Part shown: in pieces, positions 12,746 to 26,922 of the stretch
Position numbering within the stretch: the stretch's first letter is position 1
How the letters are laid out: each line of letters begins with the position of its first letter
From: the human T2T-CHM13v2.0 reference genome, Homo sapiens
Direction: 5' to 3' (one strand)
Length of the DNA stretch: 64,000 bases
NCBI RefSeq assembly: GCF_009914755.1
Contig: NC_060930.1
Program-made: the position numbers and the translations under genes
Notes under the pieces: model-generated
What the model was told of the DNA's origin: nothing
Seen by the model: the letters and a program-made list of their open reading frames with translations, nothing else
Databases searched by the model: none

Positions 12746-14914
12746 TAGACAGTCATATAGAACTGTTTATGTGTGTCTGTATGTATGGCTCTATAGTGGC
12801 GATTTCCAGAGGTCTAATTATGATCATCCAAACCACGAGAAATTAAATCTTGAAGAAGAAAAATATGTATTTGCTTTGATACCTTAAGATTATTAGAATA
12901 AAGGCGAATGCTTTTGTCCTGCCTCAGCTACCATCTCCTGCATATTCTCTAGTGCTTTGTGGAAGCCAGCTTGGTACCCCTTCTTTACCAACACACACAC
13001 CCCATAGTGGGGCTGTCCTGCTGACTTGGCAGGTGAAGACCTGGCTGCCTAGAGGCTAGAGCTTCAGAATGAAGTTCCAGGGGCCTCTGTATGCTCCAGA
13101 GGTTGCTGCTGAATTTGCAAAGATTTTGCTAAGCATGACAATGAGCTCTGATCATCTAAGCCAGGTCTTGCTTTGAATGTCTCATAAGCCACAGAGCTTT
13201 TTTCCAAGAGATAGTTGCAGTCCTCATCTGAGAAATAGAATATATGTGAAGGAGAAACTCAGAACGCCATAATTCAGGAGTCCATGATGGTAGATACCAT
13301 TTTGGAAATTCTTTTCACTTTTTGGTTCATTAAGTGACTGTAGTGTAATATTCTCCACCTCCCTCTCCTGGCCTCCGCCTATATTAACACTCTTCTCTCC
13401 CCACTGCCATCATCCCAGTTGAGAGGCATCACGTGTTTATTTCTTAAAACAAAAGGCTCAAAACACTCCCCCTACCCACCCACTATCCCATCTGCAGTCT
13501 ACACAATGGAGCCTGATTTGGTTGAGAATACTTGGTTAAACTAAACAAAGAAACATCAAAGAAATGATTCCTAAAAACTGTTTGGGTGATTCTGAGCAGG
13601 TCTGCTTTTTCACCCTAAGTTAAATAGTTGGCAGAAAAGATAAATATAGTTTACAGGTATGTAATTGACACTTCAGTTTCATTGGCATAGTTGTATTTAT
13701 TATGCATCCTTTGACATACCTCTGAAGCAAAGGAAAATAAAATGGGAAAGAGAAGAGGGTGCAAGAGTCATTCTTCTGTACCTTGCTGAAAAAAAATAGT
13801 TTTAAACAGTTAAAATGTGGTGACAGCATCAAATGCTGTCTGTGTGTGGTCTATGATTGTTTATTGTTTTAAAAGAAATTCAGTTATTTATTTTTTTAAA
13901 AAAGACGGAATTACCTGATTTGTGCCTGGATTTACTGATAGTAATAAGAGTGATGATGGTTTTGTTGATTTAACTGAGCTTGACTGTTCCTGGCTAGAGA
14001 TATTGCTCATTTCTGAATATCATATGAAAAAGGAAGTATTTAATAGTTTTTTTTTTAATGCATTGGGGTAATATGTGTCTCGAGGGGAAAAGTTTTTAAA
14101 TTAACCTTTCTGAGCATGGTTCAAAGTGCTGGATAATGAAAGTGGATCAACTCATCACCATTACTGTTGATGATGCTAATGCCGGCCCTGTTACCACCAC
14201 CCTACAGGCCAAGTGACTCTAGCGAAGGAACTCAGAAATTTTTCCCCCAAAAGAAGGAGCAGTTTTCTTTAGTTAAATGTTTTTAAAGAAATAATTGAGA
14301 GAGGTCTTTTTGTGTTTGGTGAAATTCAAAGTCTGAGAGAAAAACAGGGCCAGATCAGTGCACATTTGGGAGAATAGTCTTGTCAAAGCGTCGGAAAGGA
14401 TTTAGTGTTTATGTGAACGGAGCACCTCGGGGCCAAGTTGTTGCTGTCGGGAATACAGACCACAGAGGTAGAGAGCTGAAAGGAGAAAAGCAGCAGGCAG
14501 CACACCGGAGCCACTTGCAGGCTCTCCACTCACCCAACCCCCACCCTGTTCCTCCCCTGCTTTATCTCATTTCGTCACCTGCCGGGAGGCCCACGGGACC
14601 TTCTTGGGACGACCCCTATAGTGCAAGGGACACACCCTGCTCCTGTCCCTAGAGGGAAACAGCAAAGACAGGGACGGTCTCTGCCTCCGCGGTGATGACA
14701 GACCTCCCAAGGCCAGGGTGAAGTTGACTGATGCAGGGCAGGTGACAAAGACCAGGGGTTATGTTTCCAGGACCACAGCCTCGAATCCGAAGGCTTCCAA
14801 TCATCTGCTCAACACAGAAGGATCCACTTCCGAGTTAGGAAGCTGGGGTGCGGGGGCTAAAGTTACACAAGCAGGTTGGGATTTCAACGCTCTCCCTACA
14901 GCTATCGAATGGGT

Positions 14915-14968
14915 GGCCTGCACTGGTCCAGTCTTTAAAAGGGCCTGCACTGGTCCAGTCTTTAAAAG
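14915..14968 (+). repeat. Perfect 27-bp tandem duplication
   Basis: GGCCTGCACTGGTCCAGTCTTTAAAAG x2. Confidence 0.95.
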
Positions 14969-15318
14969 GACCAGAGAGTGCCTAGGCCTGGACCTTAAAG
15001 TCACTTGTTCCGATCTCAAGGACCTCGTGTGTGTTCCAGATCCCCTTGAGCCAGGGAGCTGGCAGACACTGAGGGTGCTGCCCTGCCTATGGGTCGAGGG
15101 TTTTGTTGTGTGACCCAGATGCACCACACTCAGGGCCACAGCCCCCACCATGAGAGAAGAGAAAGAGGAGAGCTAATTCACCAAATGCTTCTAATATTTT
15201 TTTAAATGAAACTATAAAACCCTGTCAATTTCTATTTCAATTTACTCACAGGGGCTATTAAACTAGCAAATCGCTGTTTGGGTTCTGGGTATGCTACATT
15301 TCACCCATTGTGCATGAG

Positions 15319-15350
15319 CGCGCGCGCGCGCGCGCGCGTGTGTGTGTGTG
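15319..15350. repeat. (CG)10(TG)6 compound microsatellite
   Basis: Seen directly. Confidence 0.95.
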
Positions 15351-17369
15351 TCTAGTTGGGGAGGGGGCTACAAGTGTTAAAAACTCAGGAAAACACCTAC
15401 AGAGAGAGAGACAGAGGGAGTGAAAGGACACCTAGTTTGGGATTTGTTTAGTTGTCATGTACACCTCTTTTCTTCTTCCCACCTTTGCTCTCTTACCTCC
15501 CATCACCTCTACCACCCATGAATATAAACATATAAGGATGTTAAGCCAACTCCCCCCAAACACATACACACACTCAAACACACCCGAGTGTCTTAAAGCA
15601 ACCCCTGGTATCACTTTTAACTAAAGAAGTCTAGTAATTACGAGTCTGAGTTGTTTTTCTGCGCTTCCGCATGCAGTCCTAATTAAATCTTTACGATCCT
15701 CCCTGTGACGATTAAGCGCCAGCATGCTGCGTGAATATCCTGTACAAAAACCCAGCAGGCGGCCGTAATTAGATAGAAAATCAGACAAGAGCCTTCTCAT
15801 TAACTACCACAACTACCCCACGTCGCTGATGAGGCGTTTATACATATTTACGTACAAGAGTGAGGGTAAGGTGTGAGGGCTCCCGGGTCCAGGCCAGTGT
15901 AAGTCAGGGTCTGGCTGCCCAAGGCACAGGAGAATATTTCTGTCCTGCCTGGACACATTGTCACTGTATACACATGATCATAGAAAGGTGTGAATCGTGT
16001 GTGTTTGTGTGTGGCAGGGTCCCCTGAGGAGTTATGAACAAGTTACATGAAATATTTTTAAAACACCTTTTTACTATTTCCTAAGATGTGCATGGCATGT
16101 TGCAGCAAGGATAACAATTCCTATGGAGAATAACAATTTTGCTCACTTTTCTGAGAACAAAAGAGTGACTATTAAAAATGAAAAGAAACAAATTAACATG
16201 CCCCCTGTACGATTAGATCATCTCATTTCTAAAGTTTTGCTTGTTTGGGGTAGACAGTCTTTTTCTTGTGATGAACTCACACTGTGAGGATGCAGCATGA
16301 GTCGGTGTGAGTGCTGTGAAAACAGCTCCTCACTCTCAAGCCCTTTGCTTTTTACTTCTCTATAAAGTGGGTAACAATTTGGTCCCAACTTAGGTTTTGA
16401 AGGGTCAAGAAAGTAGTTGTAGATTTTAGAAAGACCTAGCATTTATTTTCTTGGTAGGGAGAGAAAGGGAATCTACTGCTTTTGGACGCCCTGGGATGCA
16501 CAGCCAGAACTGTTCATGTGTATTCTGACAGTAAGAAACTTGCTCCAACAGCTATTTCCTCTCAGAAGTGCTACCAGTGCTCAGAGTTGAAACTTTCCTT
16601 CTCTGGAATGAAACTGTGGCACAGAAGATGAACATTCCTTGCGATTACCTAGGTGCTGACTGGGAGGATCTAGACCTTTGTGTGTGTCTGCTTGTCTGTA
16701 GTTACTGCCTTCCTAACAGGTGTGCTCCTTGCTGGGAAGCAGCATCAGCAGGACTGGGAGGGAGGGTAAATTGTGAAGGTTCCTCCAAGAGACTGTCATT
16801 GTGCAGCAAGAAGCTCATAGTTTACAGGAACGTGTATGGGCTGTAATGGGTGTGCAGTCCTAGAGGCTTGCAAACATGTTCCTATGTGTTGCTGTTTGCA
16901 TTCCATTCCAAATTGCTCAGACTTTAATTAAAATCCCATAATGTAAACTATTATGTATTTGTAAAATGGCTCTGGGGTTAAGATGCACTGGGATAGAATG
17001 GAAAACACAAATTGCTCTTACTAATATTGGTGAAAATCTGTCAGCTGTTGCCAAATTTTTACAATTCATAAGAGCAAATAATATAAAGGTTTATCTGTCT
17101 AATATCTATGTTTTATATAATAACTAAACCAATGTTGCATCCCAGATGTCTCTCAAAGTTTTCTTTCTCCACTTCTTCCATTGGAAAAATTTATAATTTG
17201 AGTAAATTTCATTTCTATGTCTATTTGGAGGTAATAATAATAATAAAACAGCCCTTTGTGAATTAATATAAATGGAAATAACAGAAACTCCAGTTTGGAA
17301 TAACATGATTTATGTGTGCAATTCTTTAATATCCTGTCAATTTGAATAGTGATGTTTTTATATTCACAG

Positions 17370-17430
17370 TCAGTTGAAGATGCCAATAACAGCGGCATGA
17401 ATCTATTGGACCAGTCTGTCATTAAAAAAG
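17370..17430 (+). CDS. TFAP2B: AP-2 beta exon 3
   Basis: tcacag|TCAGTTGAA...AAAAAAG|gtatgg; 61 nt; SVEDANNSGMNLLDQSVIKK. Confidence 0.96.
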
Positions 17431-20400
17431 GTATGGATAATTCCCCCCAAAAAGTAAGCAAAGTTCTCTCATGCATTAACGTCTTTATGATGAATTTTCA
17501 CTTTGGGGGAATTCATTATTTGACAAGACATAAATGTTTGTTCACAATTATAGGACAATGGCTGTCAGATTAGGGGAAAGGGCATGTTGGGAAGATGGAA
17601 GTTGGGCAAGGGAGAATGAAAACATCAGACACAAATTCAGATGAGTGAGACAGACTGTTGCAATTTTTCTCATGGCATATTTGGTAGCCATTCTTGATAC
17701 ATCTTAAATAATTGAGCTATCATCATGTGTGGAATTGGCTGGTAAACACTGGTTTCAAGAAGGTGCTACAATTATTTCAATGATAACTGGAGTTTGCTGA
17801 GTTAAAGCTTATGTTATTGAGATAGCTCTTTCTTCGTTTTGTATTTGATTTTTTTGGTGATAATTTTGTTCCCAGTTCTCTATGTTTTATGAGTTGTTTT
17901 TATTTATTTATTTTTTCATTGTGCCAAATTTGTTGCTAAATATGCGCATCCTGAGAAGCTGAGACAGCCTATGCACATTTCTAAATCTTCCTACATATGC
18001 ATTCATGATTTAGTGTGACTGTGGAATCACCCCATACTGTTAAAGGGCATGTGATATTAACAAATGTTTGCAGTCTCTTGTACAGCTGTAAGCAAAATAA
18101 TTAACTAATTAAACTAATTAAATGTAATTACAATAACTCATTTTGGGTGTATTGCAGCTGCTTAATTTTTTCTGCTTTTCTCTGACAGTCACTGAGAGAA
18201 TGCCTGGCGATTAGTGTAGCTGCTAAAAGGCCTGAATGTCACTCAAATGCCACAAATTTAGGAGTTTAAATGTGTAAACAGTGCAATCTTTAATTATCAC
18301 AGGAACTGGCATTTGACGATACAATTTTAATACTGTAACCCTTTCTTATGGATGTCGAAGAAATTCTGTCTCTATATTTAGTGTCAACAATCCTCAGCTT
18401 TCAATCATTTATGATTCACTTGAGCCACTTGACATTCAACAAAAACAATTAAAAGAAAAAATTCTTTGGGAAGTAATTCATCCAGACTCAAATGGGATAG
18501 TAGGAGGGTTGTGGAATAAGGATTCCAAACAGGGTGAGGTATTCTAAATTGTCTTCTTTTACAAAGTCAGGAAGAGTAGCTTTGAAAGGTGGGTGGGGGA
18601 AGCTGTACTTGCAATGATGCCATTTGGCCTTGGAATGAATATCCTAAAGTATAGTAAGGTTTGGGGCATAACTATTTATTTTAGTGGTTGCTTCAAACAT
18701 CTCTCTCTCTCTCTCTCTCATCTTCAAATAATATTGTTTTGGCTTTTAATGCCAGCTTTTGGGTTTGCTAGGATACCCAGGCTCGGTGCTTAAATTTGCA
18801 ACTGTGCTGACTGACAGCTCACTTTTCCTGTTTTCTCTTGGGTCTCCTCTTTCGGTTAATTGCTGGTTGATTAGGGTGGGGTCGGGGAGGAGCTTCTCCA
18901 TTGGCTTTTTTCAGTTTGTTTTAGTTCCTCCTCCCTTTTCATGGAAAGCTAGAACCACTTAGCTCAGGGTTCTGTATCCTAGCAACATCATTTGGGCTGG
19001 CAGGGGAACATGCCCAACAGATGACCAATCAGAAATGTTATTAATAGCCAGTCCAATAAAAATATTTGTAACTTAGCTTGCCTAGCAAAACAGAGCTGAA
19101 GATTTTCTTAGATGTGGGATGCTTTGGTTTCAGAGCTTGTATATGTTTGTCAGTGAAATGTGAATATTTATGTGCAAGGTTGTCTCCAGGAATAAGAAAA
19201 AGAGAATAATGACTAAAGTTGATGGTTCTGTTTTTGGAAACAGAAGAGTACATTTTATGTCCCCCCAAATGTACAGCTTTTTAAAAAATGTGCAGCTTAA
19301 AATATTTAAGTAGCATCCCAGTTACTTTAATTGATTCAGAGGGTGTGGTATGAATATGATGAAATGGTAGGTCAGTTGCATTATTTAATATTTGACATAT
19401 TTGCTTTATTACATGAAGAAAAGATCCTATGTCTTTTTTCTTTAGAGAGCCATAGGCAAAATAAGAATACGAGGTTGATTTACTTTTCTAACTCAGTATA
19501 AGCCACTTAAAGTTGTGGTGAGTTCATTAGCCCCTTCCCCTGCACCCTAGTCTCTTTGCTCACCATCTCCCCAATTATGAGAGATGTTTCCAAGAGATGA
19601 ATTTTGTAAAAGAGGTGAGAAAGTCTTGTGAACTAAATATTCTAAATTTCAACACCTAGAAGAAGGCTTAGTTTCTTAATATATTTTCTAATGGGCTTTT
19701 AGGCAGATAAAAAAAAATTCTACCTCATTAGTAACAGATTGGCAAGTGGTCTAGGTTTGGGGGTCTCTGAGTCTGTGTTTATGAAGCTAGAAGACTTAGG
19801 CATAAATGATGCATGTCTCTATCTCTATGTCTCTTTCTCCAGTTATGGTAAGGCCCCTTCTAAAATTTAACCAATCTAATTTTTCACCTGTGTTTATGTC
19901 ACCCCATAGATTATGGGCTCCCTCTCTTGTTATGTTTGCTATCTGGGCTTAGCTGACATTTCTGAAGTAATTTAGTTAAGAGGAAATGAGTTGTTCCCAG
20001 TAGAGAGAGCAAACGAGTGGAGTGAAGGTAGCCAGCGTGATAAATGGCTCTTTCATTTGAAGATCTCCAGAGCTCGTTTACGGCTAATTTTCTGTATTGG
20101 CCCCCTTTGAGCTATTAATGCAATCTGCAGGGACCGTGGCCCCTCTCCTCTTAGCTGCCCCATTAGAGCTCCCATTAAGCTGCCTAGTCTCAACTCCATG
20201 GCGGGAGTGGGCGGGGGGAGTAATGAAAGGTGCTTTTTAAACTCTCCTAATCTAAACCGGCAGAGGGTGGTTAATACGATTTGAAGGGGGCTGGTCAATG
20301 AGCAATCAATAAAGTAATAATGAGAAGGATTCGGTACATTAACAGTCTAAAAATCCAACGAGACATTAAAAAATCATTCTTAACTCTCAGTTCCATTAAG

Positions 20401-22274
20401 ATTAGAAATCTGGGGGGGAGGAAGAGGGTGTACCCAGCTAATAAAAATGATCACTGCCACCATCATGTTGCTTAACTCAAAAAAAGGCTCACCTAAACTT
20501 TAAGAAAAAGTTTTTGGTGCAATAAGAAGCCAATATGCAATCTGTTTAACACCTTAGACAGCAGAAAATATTCTGGGATTTCTTGGAAAGGCTAGCGTGG
20601 CTGGAATCCAAGGTTCAAATGTTGTGACTGTGGGGCATTTTCATTGGTCTTAGGGATATCCTGTTTGGTTAGTTTCAGTTCATCCTCCATTCTCTCCCAC
20701 TTTCTTTCCCGTTAGTTCTGGCCCCTTCCCCACATAAACACTTTGACTGGTGTGGATTTTCTTTCATGGGAAATAAAGAAATTGCCAAATTTCTATTACA
20801 ATTGATTCTGTTGGGATTCTTCTGACCTAGAAGGTAAAATGCTCTGAGAGTCTGTCAGAGTCTCTGAACGGTATGAGTTTCCTCTCAAAAGGAAGAAGTT
20901 CCCATTTCCAGGTTGGACTTGGATCCCAATAGCTATTTATCAACTAGAGACCCTGAGAAACACTGCAGCCACTCTTTCAAAGTCAGGTAGGTTAGACATT
21001 CTTCTTCAACACTCCAAGTGCTGAAACTGAGAGAGACAATAAATGACTTTCTCAAGGTCCTATACACCATGTAAGTGATGAGACTCAACTCAGTTTCCAG
21101 CCTTTTAGCCTTCTAGACTCTGTCCCTATAAGATGCCAATACTGGATGTTTGAGTTTTTTAATATCCCTGCTTTATTTGTGGAAATTATTTTTTTCCCCA
21201 CAATTTCAGTCCCCACACTTATACATGCACTATAGTTGTGGAATAAAATTTTACACTCAGGTACATGAGGAAGTGTTTAGATCTGAGGAAAGGGTGCTTT
21301 GCTGGTGAGAAAAAGAGTGCTAACTTTTAGGGGCCACTTTGAGTCAGTGCTAAGCCTCCTGGTTGTTTCCCAATGTCATTTACATCTTTAGGTCAAGAGT
21401 GCCTTTCGAAGGTACTTACCTTATGAATCTATAAGATAGGTTCATTTCTTCCCTTCTCCTCACCAGCAGATAGAATCAAATACAAAGTTCTCAAAACTAT
21501 AATTTCACACTTAAGTTTAAAGAGTAGAGATTAAAAACTAGCCTATTAACACTTTAGCTCTTCTATAGTCAACTAATGAATAGTATTTTCTCTAATCATT
21601 TTTCTTTCCTCTCTTTTAAATAAAACTCCAGCCATGTTAATGAAATATTGATCTGTTTTTAGCCTTTTTTTACTTCTCCCCAGCATAATGCAGCAAAAAA
21701 GGGAGGGGAATGAGTTTTGTGGGTGTTACATCCAGAACTTGGCCTTGACACCCAACTGGGAACTGAAGAGGAAAAAAATACTTCTAATGTATGCACAGAA
21801 AATTGTAAACATGTAAAGAACTGAAAGCTTCATGCTGAGTTTTGCCATGCCCCATTTCCTTACTATTTCCTGCTGTCGCTTTAAACCTATCTCAGTCATC
21901 TCTGGGTTCCATGAGCAGGAACAGTGTGCTCATAATTACTAACAAATCAACCAGGCCCTGTTGAGCTCTGGGTTTATTGATAAACTGGAAGAAAGCAGAA
22001 GGGAAAAGACAAAGAAAGTAAAATATGGGGTTAATCAGGTGAACTAAGCAGGTGTGAAAGTGGAAGGGAAAGTAGATTATGATGGAGTTATGGATCTAAA
22101 GGAAAGTTGGGACAAGAAATGTGTCAGATCTGGTCTAGGGGACCAATACTAAGGAGAGAGGTTTAGAACATGAGGATAGGAGGCTGGGAACACAATTGTG
22201 ATACTTAAATTAGAAAATGGAAATATAGTCCAAAGCACATCTTCTGACATTGTCCTTGCTTTGACTGGAAGGGG

Positions 22275-22304
22275 AAAAAACAAAAACAAAAACAAAAACA
22301 AAAA
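22275..22304 (+). repeat. (AAAAAC)n simple repeat
   Basis: Seen directly. Confidence 0.8.
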
Positions 22305-24394
22305 CCTTCCCAGAGAGGGCAGTGTACTGACAGAAGCTGATTGGATTGGGGGTATGCAGGTGATAATGTATATGCAGAAAGGTACTCAACCCATGGCAGG
22401 GAGCAATATACATTCCCCAAAGGAAATAGCTCTTGTCGGGTGAATCAGGCAATTAACAATAGTGAAATTACAGGGTGGTTTATAACATTTCTTTAAAGGC
22501 CCGGCTTTTCCAGAGGTTTAGCTTCTGGGACAGGGAGAAGCAGGTAAGATTCCAATACTCAGTGGGTATTTGGTTATCCACTGTGGGAAGCAGGAAGTGA
22601 ATTTAGTACTTTCAGCTTAGTGGAGTTGGTTGTTATTTAAAAAAATATTCTAAATAGTATTTAGAGATAAATATGTTGCTAAGTATAGAGGTGAGATTTT
22701 TATCTAATTTATTTCTATAATTCATATCATGTTAAAATTACAAAGGGCCATCTATATTTTGGAAAATAAGTTTTTCCAAGTTTTCATAATGCCAACTCCC
22801 ATGATTGTCAATTATTTGTTTTTAATGCCTTCACTATGAGTCTGAATTATGGAAATCAGCACTGTTGTGAAGAGTAAGATAGACTGAAATAGATGCCCCC
22901 ACCAATCACCTGTCTATTAAGTGACTTTAACTTCACATCTCACTCAAATCTGATTAACATTCACACTTCAACTTTTCATTGATTCATTCTTAAATGGGAA
23001 GCAGATTCACTGATGAGAAAATGAGGGAAATCAAAAAGAAGGAACACCTCTCTATATCCCCTGTCCCCGCCCCATGACAGGGCAGAATATTTACTCTGTT
23101 GCCAACATCAATTCATCCATCTGGGACAAGGTCTTGGGCTCTGTGGACAGATCCATAGATCCTAAAATGCCTACTGGGTAGTAGCAGAAGGGAATGTTTT
23201 AGTCTCCTCATCCACTCTTGTAATAAAGCTCTTTTCCACAAGGTGTTTGTAAAGGATCTAATGAAATTCATAGTAAATAAAAGATTTGGGAGCAACCTGG
23301 CTTCTAGGAGTCTCTAAACAACTATGGAGGTTTGTATACTGGAATCTGTGGTAGAGAGAATAAACTGTTAGAGAAATACACAGTATTGGTTAGTCTGTTC
23401 CATAGAAGGGATGTTATGCATCTTGTTTGATATATAGGGTTCTAGGCTCCAGACGACAGAAACAGCCTATCTTTTCCCCACACAATTACAAAGTGAGATA
23501 GACTTTATCAAATAGGTAGGGTTGGAAACCTCTTTTTTCACACCAGATGCATGTTTCCATAGATTTTTTGGACTGGTGATCGACAAATACCATGAAGATT
23601 TGGAGGCCTCATATCCCAGTGGAAGAAGCAAAGTTACAGGGAAAGTCAGGAGGTATAGCCACCTGTTTAGGGGCCTGTAAAACCTACATAAAGAAAATGG
23701 GCTTAAGCAGTGAAGTCCAAGGGAAAATACTGCCAGGGAACTGGGAGATTGACTGTTCCTCATTCCCAGCCTTCTGGTTCCACTGAGCCTAGCCTCTTTC
23801 TGACATGCAGATGACACTGAAACACAATTAAGCAGAAATACAGGCTGGAGAGGCTGAATGCACCAGGGTAGCAGTGGCAACCAGCTGTCAACTCTTATTA
23901 ACTTCTGCATAAAACATACCTTGAGTGCGGTTTGTTATCAATTACTTGCCGAAAAGAAACAACTGGGGCAAGGCAAGACCGCCGCTCATATGAATTAGAG
24001 TGATTGGTTGATTGATCAGGGCACCTGTTGTAAATCATAACTGTTCCAAACAATCACTAGCCGGTGCTTTAATTTGTAAACAAAATTCATGTCACTGCAG
24101 AATTGCTTTCACTGAAGATGAGCATTTGGGTTCCTTTCTAAATGAATCTGTTGTTATTATGTAGGGAAGAATGGGGCCCACTTTAAAGAGATGAGCAGCT
24201 GTTTTGGGCCCAGCTCCCCAGCTCAATGGTATTATTTGTCTGTTCTTGGGCATAGTATCTGATGGGGTCCACCCTCCTTATCCTTTCTAGTGATGACCAT
24301 AGATCTGGGTCCAATAGGAAAGGAGGAAGGGGTTTCCATTGGAATTACCATTTTATATCACCGCATGGTGATAATCACCGTCAGGCTTCAGCAC

Positions 24395-24500
24395 CAAATG
24401 AGATAGGCATTATTATCCTCAGGAGACAGATAAGGAAACTGAGGAGGTTCAGACAGAGTCAGTCAGGTGTCTAAGGTCACAGAGTTAGCACACGATGGAA
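24395..24500 (-). mobile_element. MIR SINE fragment
   Basis: MIR core attatcc...acagataaggaaactgagg...aaggtcacagagttag. Confidence 0.6.
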
Positions 24501-24586
24501 TAAGATTTGCCTGGTTCCCAGCACAGTCCAAACTCTGGGTTGTTTGATTTCTTGATTTGGGTAGTGAGCAGGACTGTAGCAAATGA

Positions 24587-25033
<447 letters not shown>

Positions 25034-26670
25034 TAACCCCACCACGAAAAACAAAAACAAAAACAAAAAAACAAACAAAAACCCACCAGTTTTTATTTAT
25101 TGGACAGTGAGGAGAAGGTTCCAGCAAAACCCAATCTGCAGTCTGACGCAGTTGCCTAGCAACCGGGTGGCCGGAGCATTGCTTTCGCGCAGCGCTTGGG
25201 AGGATCCGCGGCCGCCACCTGCTCGCCCACAAACTCTAGTGTCCTTGCATCCAGGCCTGCCCGCGCCGCGCAAGTCCTACCGCAGATTTTGCCGCCCTGG
25301 GAACCTTTCACTTTCCTGGCCCTGCGCCTGGCGCCTCTCTTCCTGTCACCCCTAGGACATCTCAGGGGGCATTCTCCAGCCTGAGTACAACGCGGAACTA
25401 ACAGCCCCCCAGCCCCCCCACAAAAAACCCCATAAGTTTCATGAAGCAACTCTCTTCATACCTTCAGTGTACTCTTTCTCTTTTATTGCATGTTTTAAAT
25501 GCAGTTGGCACCCAGTGAAATTGGTCTTTCAACCTGCTGATGCACTGTAACCCAGTTTGGTAAACTCTTTTTCTAAATTTGTGACATCCCTCTTTCAATA
25601 ACACCACCACCAATAATAGCAATAATATCACTTTAGAAGTATTTATAGGTATTCCTGGGAGCCATTCAGGTGCTTCACAGTATTCCACAGCCCAGAGACT
25701 GACTCCTCCTCGTGGAAATGTGAGAGAATGTGGATTTTATCTTAAGATGTAATGCCTCCCTTGAAGTCCCTGCCAATGCCTGAACACTTTGGCAGTGTCC
25801 CTGATATGAAAGTGACTTTGTCTGAGACAAAACTTTCCAAGATGACCCCTTCTGGGGGTTGACAGTCCTTTTCTTTCCTAAAAGTGACTGTATGAATAGT
25901 ACAGCAAAAGAGATTACAGTAACTGAGGATTTTTACTTGTACTTTTGTCCATACTTTAGCACATACAAGGAGAATCTTGGGAGAAATTAAGGGTGTGACC
26001 CAGGAACTTTCTCATTTTGAATCCTCTTCCTCTGCCCTCCTTTGATTCAGTTTTCAAGTGAGTGCTTTGAGCCTCAGAGTGTGGAAGTTTTCAATCACCC
26101 CCTGAACATTAAGCCTGTATATATAAATTTGCAGAGATGAAGTAAAATAATCAATATAAAGTGCTTATCACATAACTACACTTCCAAAAGTGTTAGTTTT
26201 ACTGTTATTATGATCATCACCATTTCGATTTCAGTCTGCCCTCTCCTTTTAACATAACACCATATACAGCAACTCTTGACCCCTTCCTCACAAAGCCCAC
26301 CTGTTGCAGCAAGTGCGCTCTCCTCTCTAAGCCACCTGGCTCTTATCCTCTTTTCAGCAAGGTTGTGCTTGCCCAGTTTCTGCTCACCTCACTAACTCCA
26401 TGACAAGGAAGGAACATGCACGTGCATGTGCAGCTTCTACCTTCTCTAGACCCATAACCTACACCTAATTATTCCCATCTGGTATCCTTTTTTTTTCTTT
26501 TCTCACAAGATAAAAAAAGAACACTCAGTTAAAAAAAATTCTCTGTATTGCAGAAATTAAGCAAACCTCAGCAAACTATCAGCAAATAACCAAAAGGAAG
26601 GGGGAAAAATGTGCTAACCTCAAGTTAAAACCTCTTCAAGCTCCACTGGGCTTTAGATTGCTAAGTCTAA

Positions 26671-26922
<252 letters not shown>

